A stretch of DNA of 61,754 bases, the filler included, from Catajapyx aquilonaris (lineage: Eukaryota): assembly GCA_000934665.2 (NCBI GenBank). It is 4 parts of 4 records of this genome, joined end to end, with 100 filler letters (N's around TTAATTAATTAA, not from the genome) between each part and the next. Parts side by side here need not be neighbours in the genome. Positions count along the whole stretch, not along the records: positions 1 to 15,359 come from JYFJ02007517.1; positions 15,460 to 30,875 come from JYFJ02007518.1; 2 more parts are not named here. The stretch is one strand, 5' to 3'. The notes under the pieces were generated by a model. It did not search any database. It was not told where the DNA came from and saw nothing but the letters and a program-made list of their open reading frames with translations. The translations under genes and the position numbers were made by a program. How positions within the stretch are numbered: position 1 is the stretch's first letter; each line of letters opens with the position of its first letter. Below are positions 14,095 to 26,856 of the stretch, one piece after another.

Positions 14095-15330
14095 GGATGA
14101 TGGGATGTAATTATAGGAACATACATGTGTAATAATATATTTTTGGTACACCTTGTCCTTTCTGACGCGAAGAATTTCCACCCATATGCATCAGGCGAGG
14201 TTTCTCAATAGCTTTGAATATGGAAATCCATGAGGGGCAACGAAAGTGTTGTGGGATGACGCATATCTTGGAGAGAGAGAAGCTCGGTGGGAGCCATTAA
14301 AATTTACTCGTTATGTCAGAGCGGCTTCCACAGCACCGATTCAGCGTCAGGTTTCCTCCTAAAACGCGTAAAACGCAACATCTTATTCTTTTCGCCTCCG
14401 AGCTCTTTCCAAGGCAGAAAGGACATGTCGCCTAGGCTCTAACAGGTTGTGCGGAATCTTCTCCGCATGCAAATTCCAACCCCGGGTGTCTATTGCGTGA
14501 CTCCTTTTTTCCTGCTGGAAAAACGGGGCAAATTAAACGAGAAGAACAGAGAAGAAGCCTAAGAGCTCATTATGCACTTAAGATTCTCGCCCACACTAAT
14601 TTTGCAATCCTCGCCTGGCTGTTTTCACAAGGTTCGCATGTCCTTGGGTCTACAACTTGGCACAAAAATTCGCTGCAAAATATATTCACCATAGTTGGGA
14701 ATAAAATTAATTTGACGATAAAAATTGACAAGTAGCGTTTCGACACATTTTGTTTTTCGACCTCAGTCAGCGGCCTCACAAATCTTACATTGTAGCACCG
14801 TTTGGTTCCGCAACCCGTTGCGACACTCCGGTGTTTTTATCGCCATTGCAAATAATGTGTTCCACTTTATTTGCCTGCAACACCATCCCATTGTTCGTCC
14901 GAGGGAATGTGCATCGGCAATCAACGTTTCTGGTTGTATCTGCGCGCCAATCAGGTTGCAACGTAAGGTGTATCCCGAATTTATTATTTTTACGTCATAT
15001 CAACCATCGAGAGTTATGAGCATGTGTGGTCGTTACAGGTGAGGCTCAAATGTTGAAACAGTGTACAGTCAGGTCCCCCTCTCTTTAGTGTTGTCCGAGA
15101 GATGACTCACGGATTATCGAACATCATTAGTCGTGGTGAGTACAGAGGACGAACTGAGATCGATATCATCGTTTTGTGCGAACCGAAGTTCTTTTTGTAT
15201 TAGGTCCTGGAGTGTGTTAAGTCGTGCTGGTGCAAGCGCGTTTTGCGTGGCGCGAAGCAACAGATGGCGAGCATCTGTGTAATGAGCCTGCGGTGATGAC
15301 TCCGTGAATGTTAAATAACATTGTTACAGG
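14095..15330 (-). pseudogene. Disrupted ORF of unknown function
   Basis: Manual reading ARHLLLRATQNALAPARLNTLQDLIQKELRFAQNDDIDL... with sparse stops. The antisense frame is also stop-poor, so strand is uncertain. Confidence 0.3.
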
Positions 15331-15359
15331 TATTACCTGAAAAGGTAGTCGGGAGGGGG

Positions 15360-15459
15360 NNNNNNNNNNNNNNNNNNNNNNNNNNNNNNNNNNNNNNNNN
15401 NNNTTAATTAATTAANNNNNNNNNNNNNNNNNNNNNNNNNNNNNNNNNNNNNNNNNNNN
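15360..15459. other. Artificial contig linker
   Basis: 44 N + TTAATTAATTAA (stops in all six frames) + 44 N. Confidence 0.98.
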
Positions 15460-15712
15460 GGCAGCCCAGCAGGGGGACCCAGGCTGTCCGGCAGTGGACA
15501 TCAGAAGTTTCTGCGGACCAACTGTGCTTCCTGGACTGACACGCCATGTTTCCTGCACTTGGACCTACGAACATTTTCTCCCTTCACCCCTACCCCCGCC
15601 ACATTACATTGGTTGGACATTAAGTAATTTTGTGATTATTCTGATGTCTTTGTGTGCGTTTGGATGAATTGTGAGTTTGTACAGCCCCGCCTTTTGTTTG
15701 TGAGGGGGGCAC

Positions 15713-16080
15713 TGTGGCAGTCTGCCTATTGTAGTGGCTGCTGCCAACAGAGGGCAGCACTGTGGATAGGGTGGGGAGCCACCTGGCGGATGTTGAGGGA
15801 AGGTGAGGAGACTAGGCGAGGCAAGGGAACAGGGTGGTTGGGTGGGAGGTGACCTCCTGGTGTCCTGTGGCTGGGGGGCCGTTGGGCCCCATGCCCTGTG
15901 CGTAAGTGTTCTGTGTGTATGCTGGGTATGATTGTGAGTGTGCAATAAACAGTTTTATACAGGAACTGTGTGACTCCTTTGTCTGGGGTGAGTGGGAGAA
16001 ATGGGTCGGGGCTAGGCCTGGTGAGTGTCTGGGTCTGGTCCCATGTGTCGTGCCCTCTTTAGCCGGGCGGGCACGTCACA
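15713..16080 (+). mobile_element. 3' LTR of a Gypsy-like retrotransposon
   Basis: TGTGGC...GTCACA termini, purine tract GAGGGGGG just upstream (15702-15709), AATAAA at ~15944, homologous to 21495-21867. Confidence 0.85.
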
Positions 16081-17572
16081 ATGGAATATGTAACTCATTT
16101 TTGACAAAAAGTGAACGAACCTTGATCATTTTTCTCCCGAGGTATTTATATGATTTTCATTTTATTGCTCGCATACGAAGTAGACTTGTAGAGGGTTTCA
16201 TTCCTGATGGCTGATCCATACCTATTGCCTCACCAGTTGCAATAACTGACGCACTGGAGGCCACATGATTACCATACTGTATAATAATATTATGACAACA
16301 GTTTCATGCACAGTTTTCGGGCTTTATTATTTTGCCATGATTTATCCACTAACCATGACGCCAATATGACCGATCTCATTTTTTAAAAATGCATCCCTCC
16401 ATCTATATTTATGATAAAAATTATTATGATACCAAAAATGAGTCTTGAAGTGAAATTATCGCAAATAATCTCAAATCGTTAAGAAATATCAATACAGTGT
16501 ATGCCAAGTAAATCGTCCCCTCTCCTGATGTACCGGCACTGCAATACAATGGTTACTACGTAAATACATTTAAAACTCTGTTATTATGCAAGACTAGAAT
16601 TTTCAGGTAAATGCAAGGGGTGAACCACTCGACTGTAAAGTGTACACCGGAGTACCGAAGTGGTTACCCCCTTGGGTAAATATGTATACGAAGTTTGCTA
16701 ATGCCATCTACCAACACAGTATATCCCTGTTATTAGTCCCGTATTACCTTTCCATTTCCTCTTTACTACCCTGCTATGTGAAGCGTAGCCTGTAAAAATG
16801 TCTTAGTGACAAAAAGGAGAGCTTTTCAGAATAATGTTTTATTCGTGGCCATAGCTAGGCCTATTGCCAAGGAGCTGCAACTCTTTCGAGTCATTAGGTT
16901 TTATGACGTCACTATTTCCCGGTAGGGCTCTGAAACAAGAACATTGGCACTGGGCGCAGAAAACTCAAAATTTTCCAATGTGGGACATAAACCATATTTT
17001 ACACACCATGCCCCTATTTTGACATTGCTCTCTCTTATACCAACTCTTCAAATACAGATGTGGAGCCACGCGAGATTTTGCCCCGGAGGCCCTTAATTGC
17101 GTGTTGTCTAATTGGCAGGGGAAAATACCCAGAATGTGAATGACAGTCGTTTTTAAGCCATTTTAGTCACGGATTTTGGGTGGAAATACACTGGACATAT
17201 CATACGTCATAGGCGACGACCGTGATGCAATGGGACCCACTGATATAGTGGTTGCCTACCCTTCACGGACAATTTACATGCAATTATTACTTTTGCACGT
17301 GGACTTTGTTTCCTGGAATTTCGTGGCTTGCGAATGGTAAAAGAAGGTAACAGAAGGGAGTAGATCGTCACATAATTATGACCCCGAAAGCCGTGATTTA
17401 TTGGTCATATGGGAAACATGAATGGAACTTGACCTATACATGATACGACACATTCCACAACGGAGTGAAATTTCTCTTCGACAGCGATTGCAAGAAAGAA
17501 TGTAAAGTAATTCTGAATTTATGCTTTTTGAAGGAAATCCCCTTAGGCCTGCTGTTGCAAGATGTACAATGT

Positions 17573-18700
17573 TTATGACTGCTGCGATGCCCATTCACTG
17601 CCATCACACTGGCACAGGTGAGTGCAAGGATATTATGTTTTATGCACCTGCATCTGGCTCTGTTGCATCCCTTTCGGCACCCACACTTGATTAACTCCAG
17701 GCAGGATTCCGAGGTGCAGGATGTGTGGTAGTCCACACTTGACTCCACCTGTCCCCCCGACAGCGACACCTGGGCGATGCCAACCCCAAGCAGATGGGTC
17801 TGGGAGTTGTTGTTCAGCACGCAGGGCTTGGCCCCAGACTTGTCCACCTTGATATGCGGATCTTACTGCATGAACATTCAGAGCATCTCTTCTTGGCGGT
17901 ATGTTCCTCAGTTCTCTGCTCTTTTTCGGCACTCATTCACCGATGTGAGTTGTGTGGTCCTGTCTTATATTGACACCACGAATTTTTCAATATCTTCCTT
18001 GACACTGTCATAATCTCCTTCTGATATAAGGACAGGAATCCATTCGTGGCGTCGCGCCGGGGGATGAGGTCCATGCTTCAAATGCCGACTTCTTCCCGCG
18101 ACCGCAGAAAGCGGAGACTCTGCCACAGCCGGAGAATGCATGGAACGTAAGTAACACAGCCGACTTTGACGGGCCTAAAAAAACGAAATAGGTAAAATGT
18201 CAATGTGAAATGGCAGCCAGCAGGATCGTTCAGGTATAGCCTACCTACTTTTCCCCTCCGTGAAGGAAAATTAAAAGAGATTATGTACCCAGAGCAACAG
18301 CGATGGAGTGTGCTGCAACGAACTGCTGATTGTTCTTGGTTCCGAGGTGGACCAACAGCTCCTCTATCCCAACCATTATTTAGTTGCATATAGGCAACAG
18401 CGATGACAAGATCATCTGTGTCAACTGTCCTGATCATAACATTCTTGCATCCATGTGCCACAGGGTCTGCAACATGCAGCAAAAGGCGTGTGTCTGCCAC
18501 TTCGTGATTGCAAGGACTCAGGGTTTGAAGATCAAGGCGTGCACTAGTTGTCATGACTTGTGTGTCAAGAGTAATGAATACATCAACACCCTCCCACAAC
18601 TGGTCGATTATACAATTTGCTATCATTTCGAACATGGCTGTTTTGTTGGCGAGGGGCTCTGCAACATAGTCATATGCCACAACTGGTTCATTTCTAGATA
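17573..18700 (-). pseudogene. Academ (AcademX) transposon protein C-terminal part: XPG/FEN1-like nuclease plus Cys8 zinc finger, frameshifted
   Basis: Motifs NHEVADTRLLLH, VMIRTVDTD, FHAFSGCGRVSAFCGRGKK, IPPRRDALNVHAVRSAYQ...PDPSAWGW and CGCRKGCNRARCRC...CTHLCQC. GT-AG intron at 18288-18175. Confidence 0.8.
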
Positions 18701-19413
18701 TTGATGAATTTAGATTTTGATAAATTCTATAAATCAGATTTAGAGTGATAATTATGCAGTTCAAGATTTTTTCCCAGTAGCCGGAACTCTTACCTGTTGT
18801 TGGCAGTAACTGAAGTAAAACAGCCTGCATTACCTTTAATGATAATAATAATAATATTGTCTGGTAATACGTAATATCTTGTGGCATAGGATTGTCTTGT
18901 TCTGAAATGTCATTACTTCGGGGGTGTAGGATATCGTGATTCTAGGGGATGTTTTGGTCCATGAAAACATGTCCAAAGGAAGGTTTAGGAGCACTATGTT
19001 TATTATAATATTCTTATTTGATGCAAGGTTATATGTTAGGTATTTCTGAAAATACATACCAATAATAATGATCATAATTATTTTTTATCCACAGCACAAA
19101 ATATCACATTACTGGAAACTAAGACAAACTAAACCACACTAAACATCATCCACAAAGTCAGCTGGTGCTTCTGTATCAGGATCCGTATTGGCACTAAGAT
19201 TGGTATAAAATGGATGATATATGGGAGGAATGTAAGGTAGAAGACTCAATACATTTTTGATTTTCAAGGGGTTGATTTGGAGAGAATGGGTGTACTTTTT
19301 TTCAAGAGGTCACCTTGTGGAGTCCTGCAGCATGCAATCTAGCTCCAATATGGCCGCCCCATGAAGACAATACCCTGGTTAGGGTGGGGGAGGCAACCAT
19401 GTAGGGGACCCTG

Positions 19414-19742
19414 AATTGACCTCAACCAATAGGTATAAAATATCCTGGAAGGTATGCAAACCTTCAGCCGCCAATCGCATCACAGGTGAAGGTCGCAGCT
19501 ATTTTCTGGGGGGCTACTGCCACACTGCTATTGGGGTAGTCACTAAGGACTCTTAGAATGCAGTTCCCCCCAGATGCACTGCTATTCTACAATCACGCTT
19601 AAGCGCAATCGCTACTTCGCAAATGATCAATTATCTACGTGATGTGGCTGCCTAGACATGATGACCCCTCTACATATAATGATGCTCTGGTGCCCCTTAT
19701 GCCATTGGTACATGGCTTATGGTAGAGTTCCGATACACCCTG
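19414..19742 (-). mobile_element. Terminus of a Tc1/mariner-type element
   Basis: Ends CACCCTG|TA. Near-identical inverted copy at 30394-30722. Confidence 0.75.
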
Positions 19743-21461
19743 TATAAAGTAATCCATCTTGTGCAATTTACTTAATATGATTTTATCTCCTTGAAAGAAC
19801 ATTGATGAATCTAAGTCTTCTCTTAATAAATGAGAGGATTTACAATCACAGATTTCGCTTCTGAATAAATACATAAATAAGCAGGCCACGATTATACATA
19901 ATATCTCCACCTATGCAATAAAAAAACATCCATGCACAGTCAAGTCGGCAAGCGAATTTCCCAGACTTAATTATCTGAGGTAAATGTCCCATAAATCTGT
20001 CATTTTTATCTCCCCACCCCTTACGATAATTCGTGCTGCTATTTGTCACCGGTTTAGCTTGAGTAAACATTGTCTTTGCGCTATAGTTAATGAATATTTT
20101 ATACCGCCATTCCGCAGAGTTAATTACTTATTAATTGCTGACCACGTGCTAATGGCCACGCTAAGCCACCAGAAAAGTGAAGAGCCAGCTCCGTAAATGT
20201 CGGCCACCTCACCCACCACCTCTGGACATGTAAGAGCTTCTCAGGAAGGATGACTGTTAGCATGCCCCCCGCTCACTTCCCATTTCCTACGGTCGCCATA
20301 GCTGCTGCCCCCTCCACGTAGTTGCCTGTAAATAAAGCATTGTTCCATCATCAGGAAGGCTGTTGATAGTGCGCACGTCATCAGCAAACCTCATCACACG
20401 CGCTGGTCCGCGTATCTGTAATTAATGCAAATAGACAGCGCGTTGTTTACTGTGGCCACAATGGCACCCTGGATGATCAGTTCAGGGAGGGAAAACAGAC
20501 TATATACGAGGGCGGAGGGGGTGGGGTGTGCACTGCCAAGCAGACTAGATTCATATTAGCCTATCATTCGCTATTGCTCCTCTGCGGGCAAAGGACTCAA
20601 GTCCAACATCACCGCTCCTGTCCACGTCTCTTCAATATACGGTAATAATATTTGTGGAAACTAGGCTACTGGGCAGTAGTAACAAATCTGTTTCCCTATA
20701 TTGACAAGCATCTGACCAGCTAGCCAAGAGAATTCCGACTGCTATATTGTAGAGATAATTGTCTACACGTAATAATGTGTAATCTACACTTCTTTAATAT
20801 TCCATGGCACAAAATAATGACTTCAAATTAGCAACCATCACCAAGAAATCCAGTCATTGTTGTCAGATTGGTAAGGTTGTTCACTGATTAGCAGAAAGGA
20901 CAAATACCAGCACTCAGGATTATACCGGAGTATTTTCCGAGCAGTCTAGACCATGGTCCAGACTTTGATCCGATTTGCTCCGAATGACTTTCACTTTTTT
21001 CGCCACCTACAATAAATCAATGGCTGCCGGAAATTTAGGAAGTCATCAAGAGGCAAAGAAGTAGCCTACTGTACACTACAAGGGGAGGTCAAAAATTTAA
21101 TTATGAATATTGCGCTTGGAGTTCGGGTGTGGCTTTCCATACGCTGGTTCTTCTCGCAGGCCTGTGGGTGTTCTGGTCGAAGTTCTGGTCGTTTGGAGGA
21201 GAATATTATAGTCACTTGCAGGAATTTAACAGTTGCTGATTCCTCTTCCAGGGGGGAGGGGGATTTCTCAAGTACCGCGTTGCATAGTCGTGTAATATTT
21301 ATGTTTAAAATTTAATATTGAGAGTTTGCCGTCTGAGATGGGCAGGGGGGATGGGTGCTTTATAAGCTGTTTTTTTACCAGTTTTAATTCAGTTCATATT
21401 TTGGGTTAGCTTGTGGCTCCCGTCATCGCTGACTACCCCTTATAGGGAAATGTCGCGATTG

Positions 21462-21494
<33 letters not shown>
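21462..21494. repeat. (TTG)n microsatellite
   Basis: Direct reading. Confidence 0.9.
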
Positions 21495-21496
<2 letters not shown>

Positions 21497-21867
21497 TGAC
21501 GTGCCCGCCCGGCTATAGAGGGCACGACACATGGGAACTAGGCCCAGGTACCCAGCAGGCCTAGCCACGACCCCTTTGTCCCACTCACCCCAAACAAAGG
21601 AGTCACACAGCTTCTGTATCAAACTGTTTAATGCACCCTCACAATCATACCCAGCATACACACAGAACACTTACGCACGGGGCACGGGGCCCAACGGCCT
21701 CCCACACACGGTACACCAGGAGGTCGCCACTCGCCCAACGCCCAACAGTCCTGTTACCTCGCCCAGCGTCGTGTCTCCACTTCCCCAAACATCCTCCAGG
21801 TGACTCCCCACCCTATCCACAGTGCTGCCCTCTGTTGGCAGCTGCTACTACCAGGCAGACTGCCACA
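21495..21867 (-). mobile_element. Solo LTR, same family as 15713-16080
   Basis: Full-length reverse-complement homology with TG...CA ends. No adjacent PPT or PBS. Confidence 0.85.
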
Positions 21868-21872
21868 ATATA

Positions 21873-22434
21873 CAGGGTGTAAATGAATTCAGCCGACAAA
21901 CTTGTAGGGGTAATAGAGGGGACCAAGACAAACATTTTTGACATAGGAACCCGTGTCCGGAAACGCCATCTAGAGGGGGTTCATAGACAAGGAACGGGTG
22001 CGCTCAGACGCGTCACGCGAGAGGCGCTAGGTGAGCGGATTGTTTTGTTGATAGATGGCGCTCGGATAGTAACCAACGATGCGATGTGCCATAACGTGGC
22101 AACAACAGAGTCATCTAGCAACTAAAGTCCGCCTCCTAGGAGGCGCGCGGATAGTCAACAGCGGTTCTGTTGTTGCCAGGTTATGGCGTATCGCGTTGTT
22201 GTTTACTTACAACGACACGATACGCCATAACCTGGCAACACCTGCGCGCCATCTATCAACAAAACAGTCCGCTCGACTAGCGCCTCTCGCGTGACGCGTC
22301 TGAGAGCACCCGTTCCTTGTCTATGAACCCCCTCTAGATGGCGTTTCCGGACACGGGTTCCTATGTCAAAAATGTTTGTCTTGGTCCCCTCTATTACCCC
22401 TACAAGTTTGTCGGCTGAATTCATTTACACCCTG
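21873..22434. mobile_element. Tc1/mariner-type MITE
   Basis: TA|CAGGGTGTAAATGAATTC...GAATTCATTTACACCCTG|TA, near-perfect TIRs of more than 150 bp, internal hairpin ~22170-22240. Confidence 0.92.
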
Positions 22435-22443
22435 TATTCGCAT

Positions 22444-23146
22444 CAGTAAAACTTCTATAAGTCGAACTTCCCTAAGTGGAAGTTCTCTATAAGTCGAAGA
22501 AAATGATGAGCTTGGTTGGTCACAATGTAAAAGAATAGGAAATAAACTTCCCTAACTCGAATTTCTATAACTCGAAGTGCAGGCAGGGCCTTACGATGGG
22601 GTATCAATCAGGTATCAATGCATTTTAAGTCTCCCTAAGTCCAAGTTCATGTTGGCGAGTACGGAAAATTGTCTCATTTCCCAGCCGAAGTAGGTCACGT
22701 GTACAGAAAGGCTCAATTTCCTGATATCCGTCTACCAGACGTACTATATCACTCAAAACATCGAGACGATTTTGCATTTGACTCAAGTGCAGCCTGCACT
22801 TGAATCAAATGCAAAATCGTCTCTATGTTTTTGAGCGATATAGTACGTACCAAAAGAAGTGTTTGACTCGATTGTGACAATTGAATCCTCGAATCTAAGA
22901 GTAGGCAAATGTCCATAACGGAGATTTCTCTTGGAACAAAACAATGAGGAACAGTGTAAGTGTGATCGTGACAGTTATTTTTAGGTTTTGAACACCTTTC
23001 GTCGCTGGATATAAAGGTAGGCTTCCTTATAGAGTTCTGTGCAAGGTTCTGTGCTTAAGAAAAGCTAAACTTCTCTAACTCGAATCTTCTGTAACTCAAA
23101 GTTTTTTCCTGGTCGCATGGAGATTCGACTTATAGAAGTTTTACTA
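22444..23146. mobile_element. pogo/Tigger-like MITE with an internal palindrome (22739-22849)
   Basis: CAGTAAAACTTCTATAAGTCGAA...TTCGACTTATAGAAGTTTTACT TIRs and subterminal TAAc/gTCGAA repeats. Confidence 0.8.
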
Positions 23147-23889
23147 GGTGCGAAAATAATATTAGAGAGATGCAGGTCTATACTCTTGCTCAGACAGGGG
23201 TAGAAACACAAGAAGTACGCTAGATTTGTCGAGAAATGTGCAAGGTTCATTCAAGTGAAAGTGCACCAGTCAGCTATCGTCATGTCATATTATTCGGATG
23301 TTCACTGCAATTATTGAATGACACAATGCATTGAATGCCACAATTTCCTACCATGAACAGAAACAGAAATAAATATTTTTTTCCGCTTCCTGAATATTTT
23401 CCACATTTCCACAATTGGGCCCTTATTGTATTGTGGTCTTCAATAATTATTACAATGACTTGTCTGTAATATTGAAGCAACTCATATCATTCTGTTAGGC
23501 AGTGGTTAGGCCCCAGCTCAGCATCAGCGACTTGATCCCTGACAAAACTCCCAGTAGCACACATGCGATACACATCCTGACAAAGAAGGCAGCCGTGGTA
23601 CTGGTGATGGTGGAAGACAAGTCGACACTGGGAGCCAGACAGGCTCGAGACATGGTTGTGATGCAGTTGCCCATGTAAATACGATCCGGTTGTATAGTGG
23701 GAAGTATAAAGATGATCGTGCCTACGTCTACTTGCATTGCCTTCTTCCAATTGGGTCCTAGCCTTGGCCTGTGATTTGGGTAATTTGTACACGAATCGCT
23801 CAACCATACATATGAACCTACATTCCACCACTTTTCGGCACCAAAATGTCATTCCTCGATAAATTATCGGGGGTTTAAAAGTCACTCGC

Positions 23890-24050
23890 AAATTGGCGGG
23901 AAAAACGGGGGCGTGGCCTCGGACAACAGTGACGTCAGCAGGTCTTTGCCTCGCGTTCGTTCGATTCGGCTGATTGGCTGATTGGCGGCCGTTCGATTCC
24001 GTTGTTAGGCAACAAAGCAACTTTTTTTAACGGTGACGTCAGAGGGCAAT
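23890..24050. promoter_or_regulatory. Promoter-like motif cluster
   Basis: Two TGACGTCA (CRE), tandem ATTGG (CCAAT), GGCGGGAAA (E2F-like), GGGGCGTGG (GC box). Confidence 0.45.
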
Positions 24051-26362
24051 ACGAAACCGTATAATTATTATGATCTTAGTGTTAGATCAATCATAGCTCG
24101 AAAACTAATATTTATTTCTTCAAACAAAAAACTCCAAAATTTATTTAAAAATAATTACGATTTTTTACATGGGTTTGCAAAATGTAAGCTAGGACCCCAT
24201 TCAAACAAACGTGTTTACATCATGGTGATAACACACCGGACGCATCTGACCCTCATTTCACCTTGATGTCAGGCTTCAAGTTGTGGGAGTACTGTACTAG
24301 TACGAGTACATAGCAGATAATATAAAGTTTAGATGATCTGCTATGTACGCCCACTGCTTTAGAGTTTAGATTCTAAACTCTAAAGCAGTGGTTGTCACCT
24401 TTCAAGTGCAGCCTGCAGCACATTATAGTGGGCCACATTAATTAAGTGAATGCATGTACCATTAGTATCTAACTTTTTCTTGGCCAACACCTCCTTGATG
24501 AAGCTATCCCCCCCTGCTACTGCACAAAAGATTACAATTTTTTTTAAAAAAAACAACAAAATTGGCAGGAAATACATACCACTAACAGGTTCATTCCCAT
24601 ATATTCAAAATCCGAACTTTACATCCAGTTCTACATTATCCAAATATCCAAATATTTTTGCAGTGTACGACTACCATTACTGTTGGGTATCGTTCCTAAT
24701 AATATTAGATAAGTGCCGGTAGTGAAAACCTGCGCCATCATCTACTGTACTATTGTCATAAAAATTAAAGTGGAAATTATGGAATGTTACCGTATTCTGT
24801 GGCCATTTCAAATGCGAGAAAATGGTAAATTCTCAACTTGCAAGACCAGATTTCTTTAATTATAGGAAATTAAAACAGTTTCGCTTTTTTCATCTAATAT
24901 TACTAGAAACAACTTCTACTAAAATATCGTGCCCCAATCAATCCTGAAAAATATTATGTCCTTCTGAAACCAAAACGTCGAGTAAAAGTTCTGAAACTTT
25001 TCCTTCAGCTCAGTGCCACGCTGTAACTTAATTAGTTTTTCCTCCACGCTTCCATTTCCTAGGTTTGTGAATGTGAATAAATGTGGATGAATCACCTAAA
25101 CTACGACAATTTATTCTCGATTCAATTCAGGTGATTCGCAGATATCCACATTGGCACAAATTGCTTGCAGATCATGATTTTTGATTTCATATTTTCCTCT
25201 GATTCAGATGTAACATGTTTACGAGGCTAAATGCAGATTTGACAGCCTGTAATTTCTATAGGTTCCAGTGTTCAGCATTGTTTTATTGCACCTTGGAACT
25301 GACCACAATTCAGGCGTATCTTATTATTTGAAGCACAAAATTGGAGAGTTTGAATGTGAGAATGTATTCCACATGACAAACGCACTTAGGTGATATAGTG
25401 TAAGTATCTATTTGGAAGGGGCATAATATTCGTCACACCAATGCCCCCACTCCCCACCCCTTATTTTCCACATTCTGTCTCTCGCGCTCTCAAGCCTGGT
25501 ATCCATTTCCAGACGTAAGCACAACCGCACCCATAAGGCTCCTGTCCGCCCAGGCTTTACCAGCATATATCACGGGCTCAAGTACCCTAATGGGACCATT
25601 ATTGATCCTTATTTTTTTATGATAGTCGGTAGAGCTGAGGCTACTTTGCACTGGCTCCCATAACGAAGGTCTTCTTGGTGACTCATATTGGAAATCCGAA
25701 AAGAAATTGCCTCTTGTGAATTTCTCCTCCAGCTTCCCTCATGCCGCTTTGGATGAGAGGATTCCTCGTTGTATAGTCAGTTCAGAGAACAATGTATCTT
25801 TTTTTTGAACTTCTGCCCTGCACATTTTATTGTTTACTGCGTACTCTTCTGTATATTATTTGCTATTTTTAAATAAATATTTTTATACACTGCATTCATC
25901 ATTAATTGTGGCTATTTTCCGTCATTAATTGTCTTCCCACATGAATTATGCTGGGTGAGGTGAAAAAGGAGGCAGGTAATAAATGAATGCTGTGCATTGA
26001 AGGGAGGAATGAGTGACATTGCTAAGGACAACTATGTATAGCTACCGGCCTTACCGTGAGCCTTTAATTATATGGGGGGAAAGCCCCTGGTATGTAGTAA
26101 GGTATTCTGGGTAGCCATTGCTTCTTGTTTTGGAATTAAAATCATACTGTAGATGGGAAGATGTAAATGTGCTGTGGGTGGCGTAATTACGGTGTCATCG
26201 AAAAATAATGTCACAATTTTAAAAGGCTATAACTCGAAAATTTGTAGACTGAATGATTCAAGTTTTGAATGCTAATATGCCTAAATGTTTAAAGTTTTGG
26301 TTTCCCCTAAGTTTGTTTCCATATGAACTTCATTTGTAGCTCTAAAAATTGAAATATGGTAA

Positions 26363-26790
26363 TCTGTGTCGTGCCTAACCCAATCGGACATGTCTGAAGT
26401 CCCCATTGCGATCCTATCCCATAGGTGCTATAGCACTGCCGAATATTTTCACCATACATGTATCTCCACAAAAAAGTCGATCGGGGTAAGATCTGGGCTT
26501 CTGGGGGTGCTAAGCATTGGGAAAGTTCTCATCCAAGACTTCGCACACTGGGGGGGGGGGGGGGGGGGGGGGAAGGAAGTGGNTCCTTTTTATGCGCATC
26601 ATCAAGAAAAATGTGTGTTGTGTAAGTACCCTTCACCTCGAGCCAAACCCGATCAGTGATATCTGGCGTTACCCCGATGGACTTTTTTGTGGAGATGCAT
26701 GTATGGTGAATAGATCTGGCATCGCCAGCACCTATGAGATAGGATATCAATGGTGACTCCAGGTCTGATCTGGTTACGGAAGACACCGAT
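26363..26790. mobile_element. Degenerate foldback MITE
   Basis: Imperfect inverted arms, e.g. CACCATACATGTATCTCCACAAAAAAGTC / GACTTTTTTGTGGAGATGCATGTATGGTG. Confidence 0.7.
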
Positions 26791-26856
26791 TACCGTATTT
26801 ACATTTTCTAAGCGACAAATTAAGCTCATATCGATACAAACAAACTATGGTTAATA

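Noticed and set aside
1..15359. Polinton/Maverick assignment or an alternative genetic code
   Set aside because: No pPolB, integrase, ATPase or protease motifs seen. The interruptions include all three stop codons plus indels, so recoding does not explain them.
21883..22424. Two ORFs with identical N-termini on opposite strands (MNSADKLVG...)
   Set aside because: By-product of the MITE's inverted repeats.
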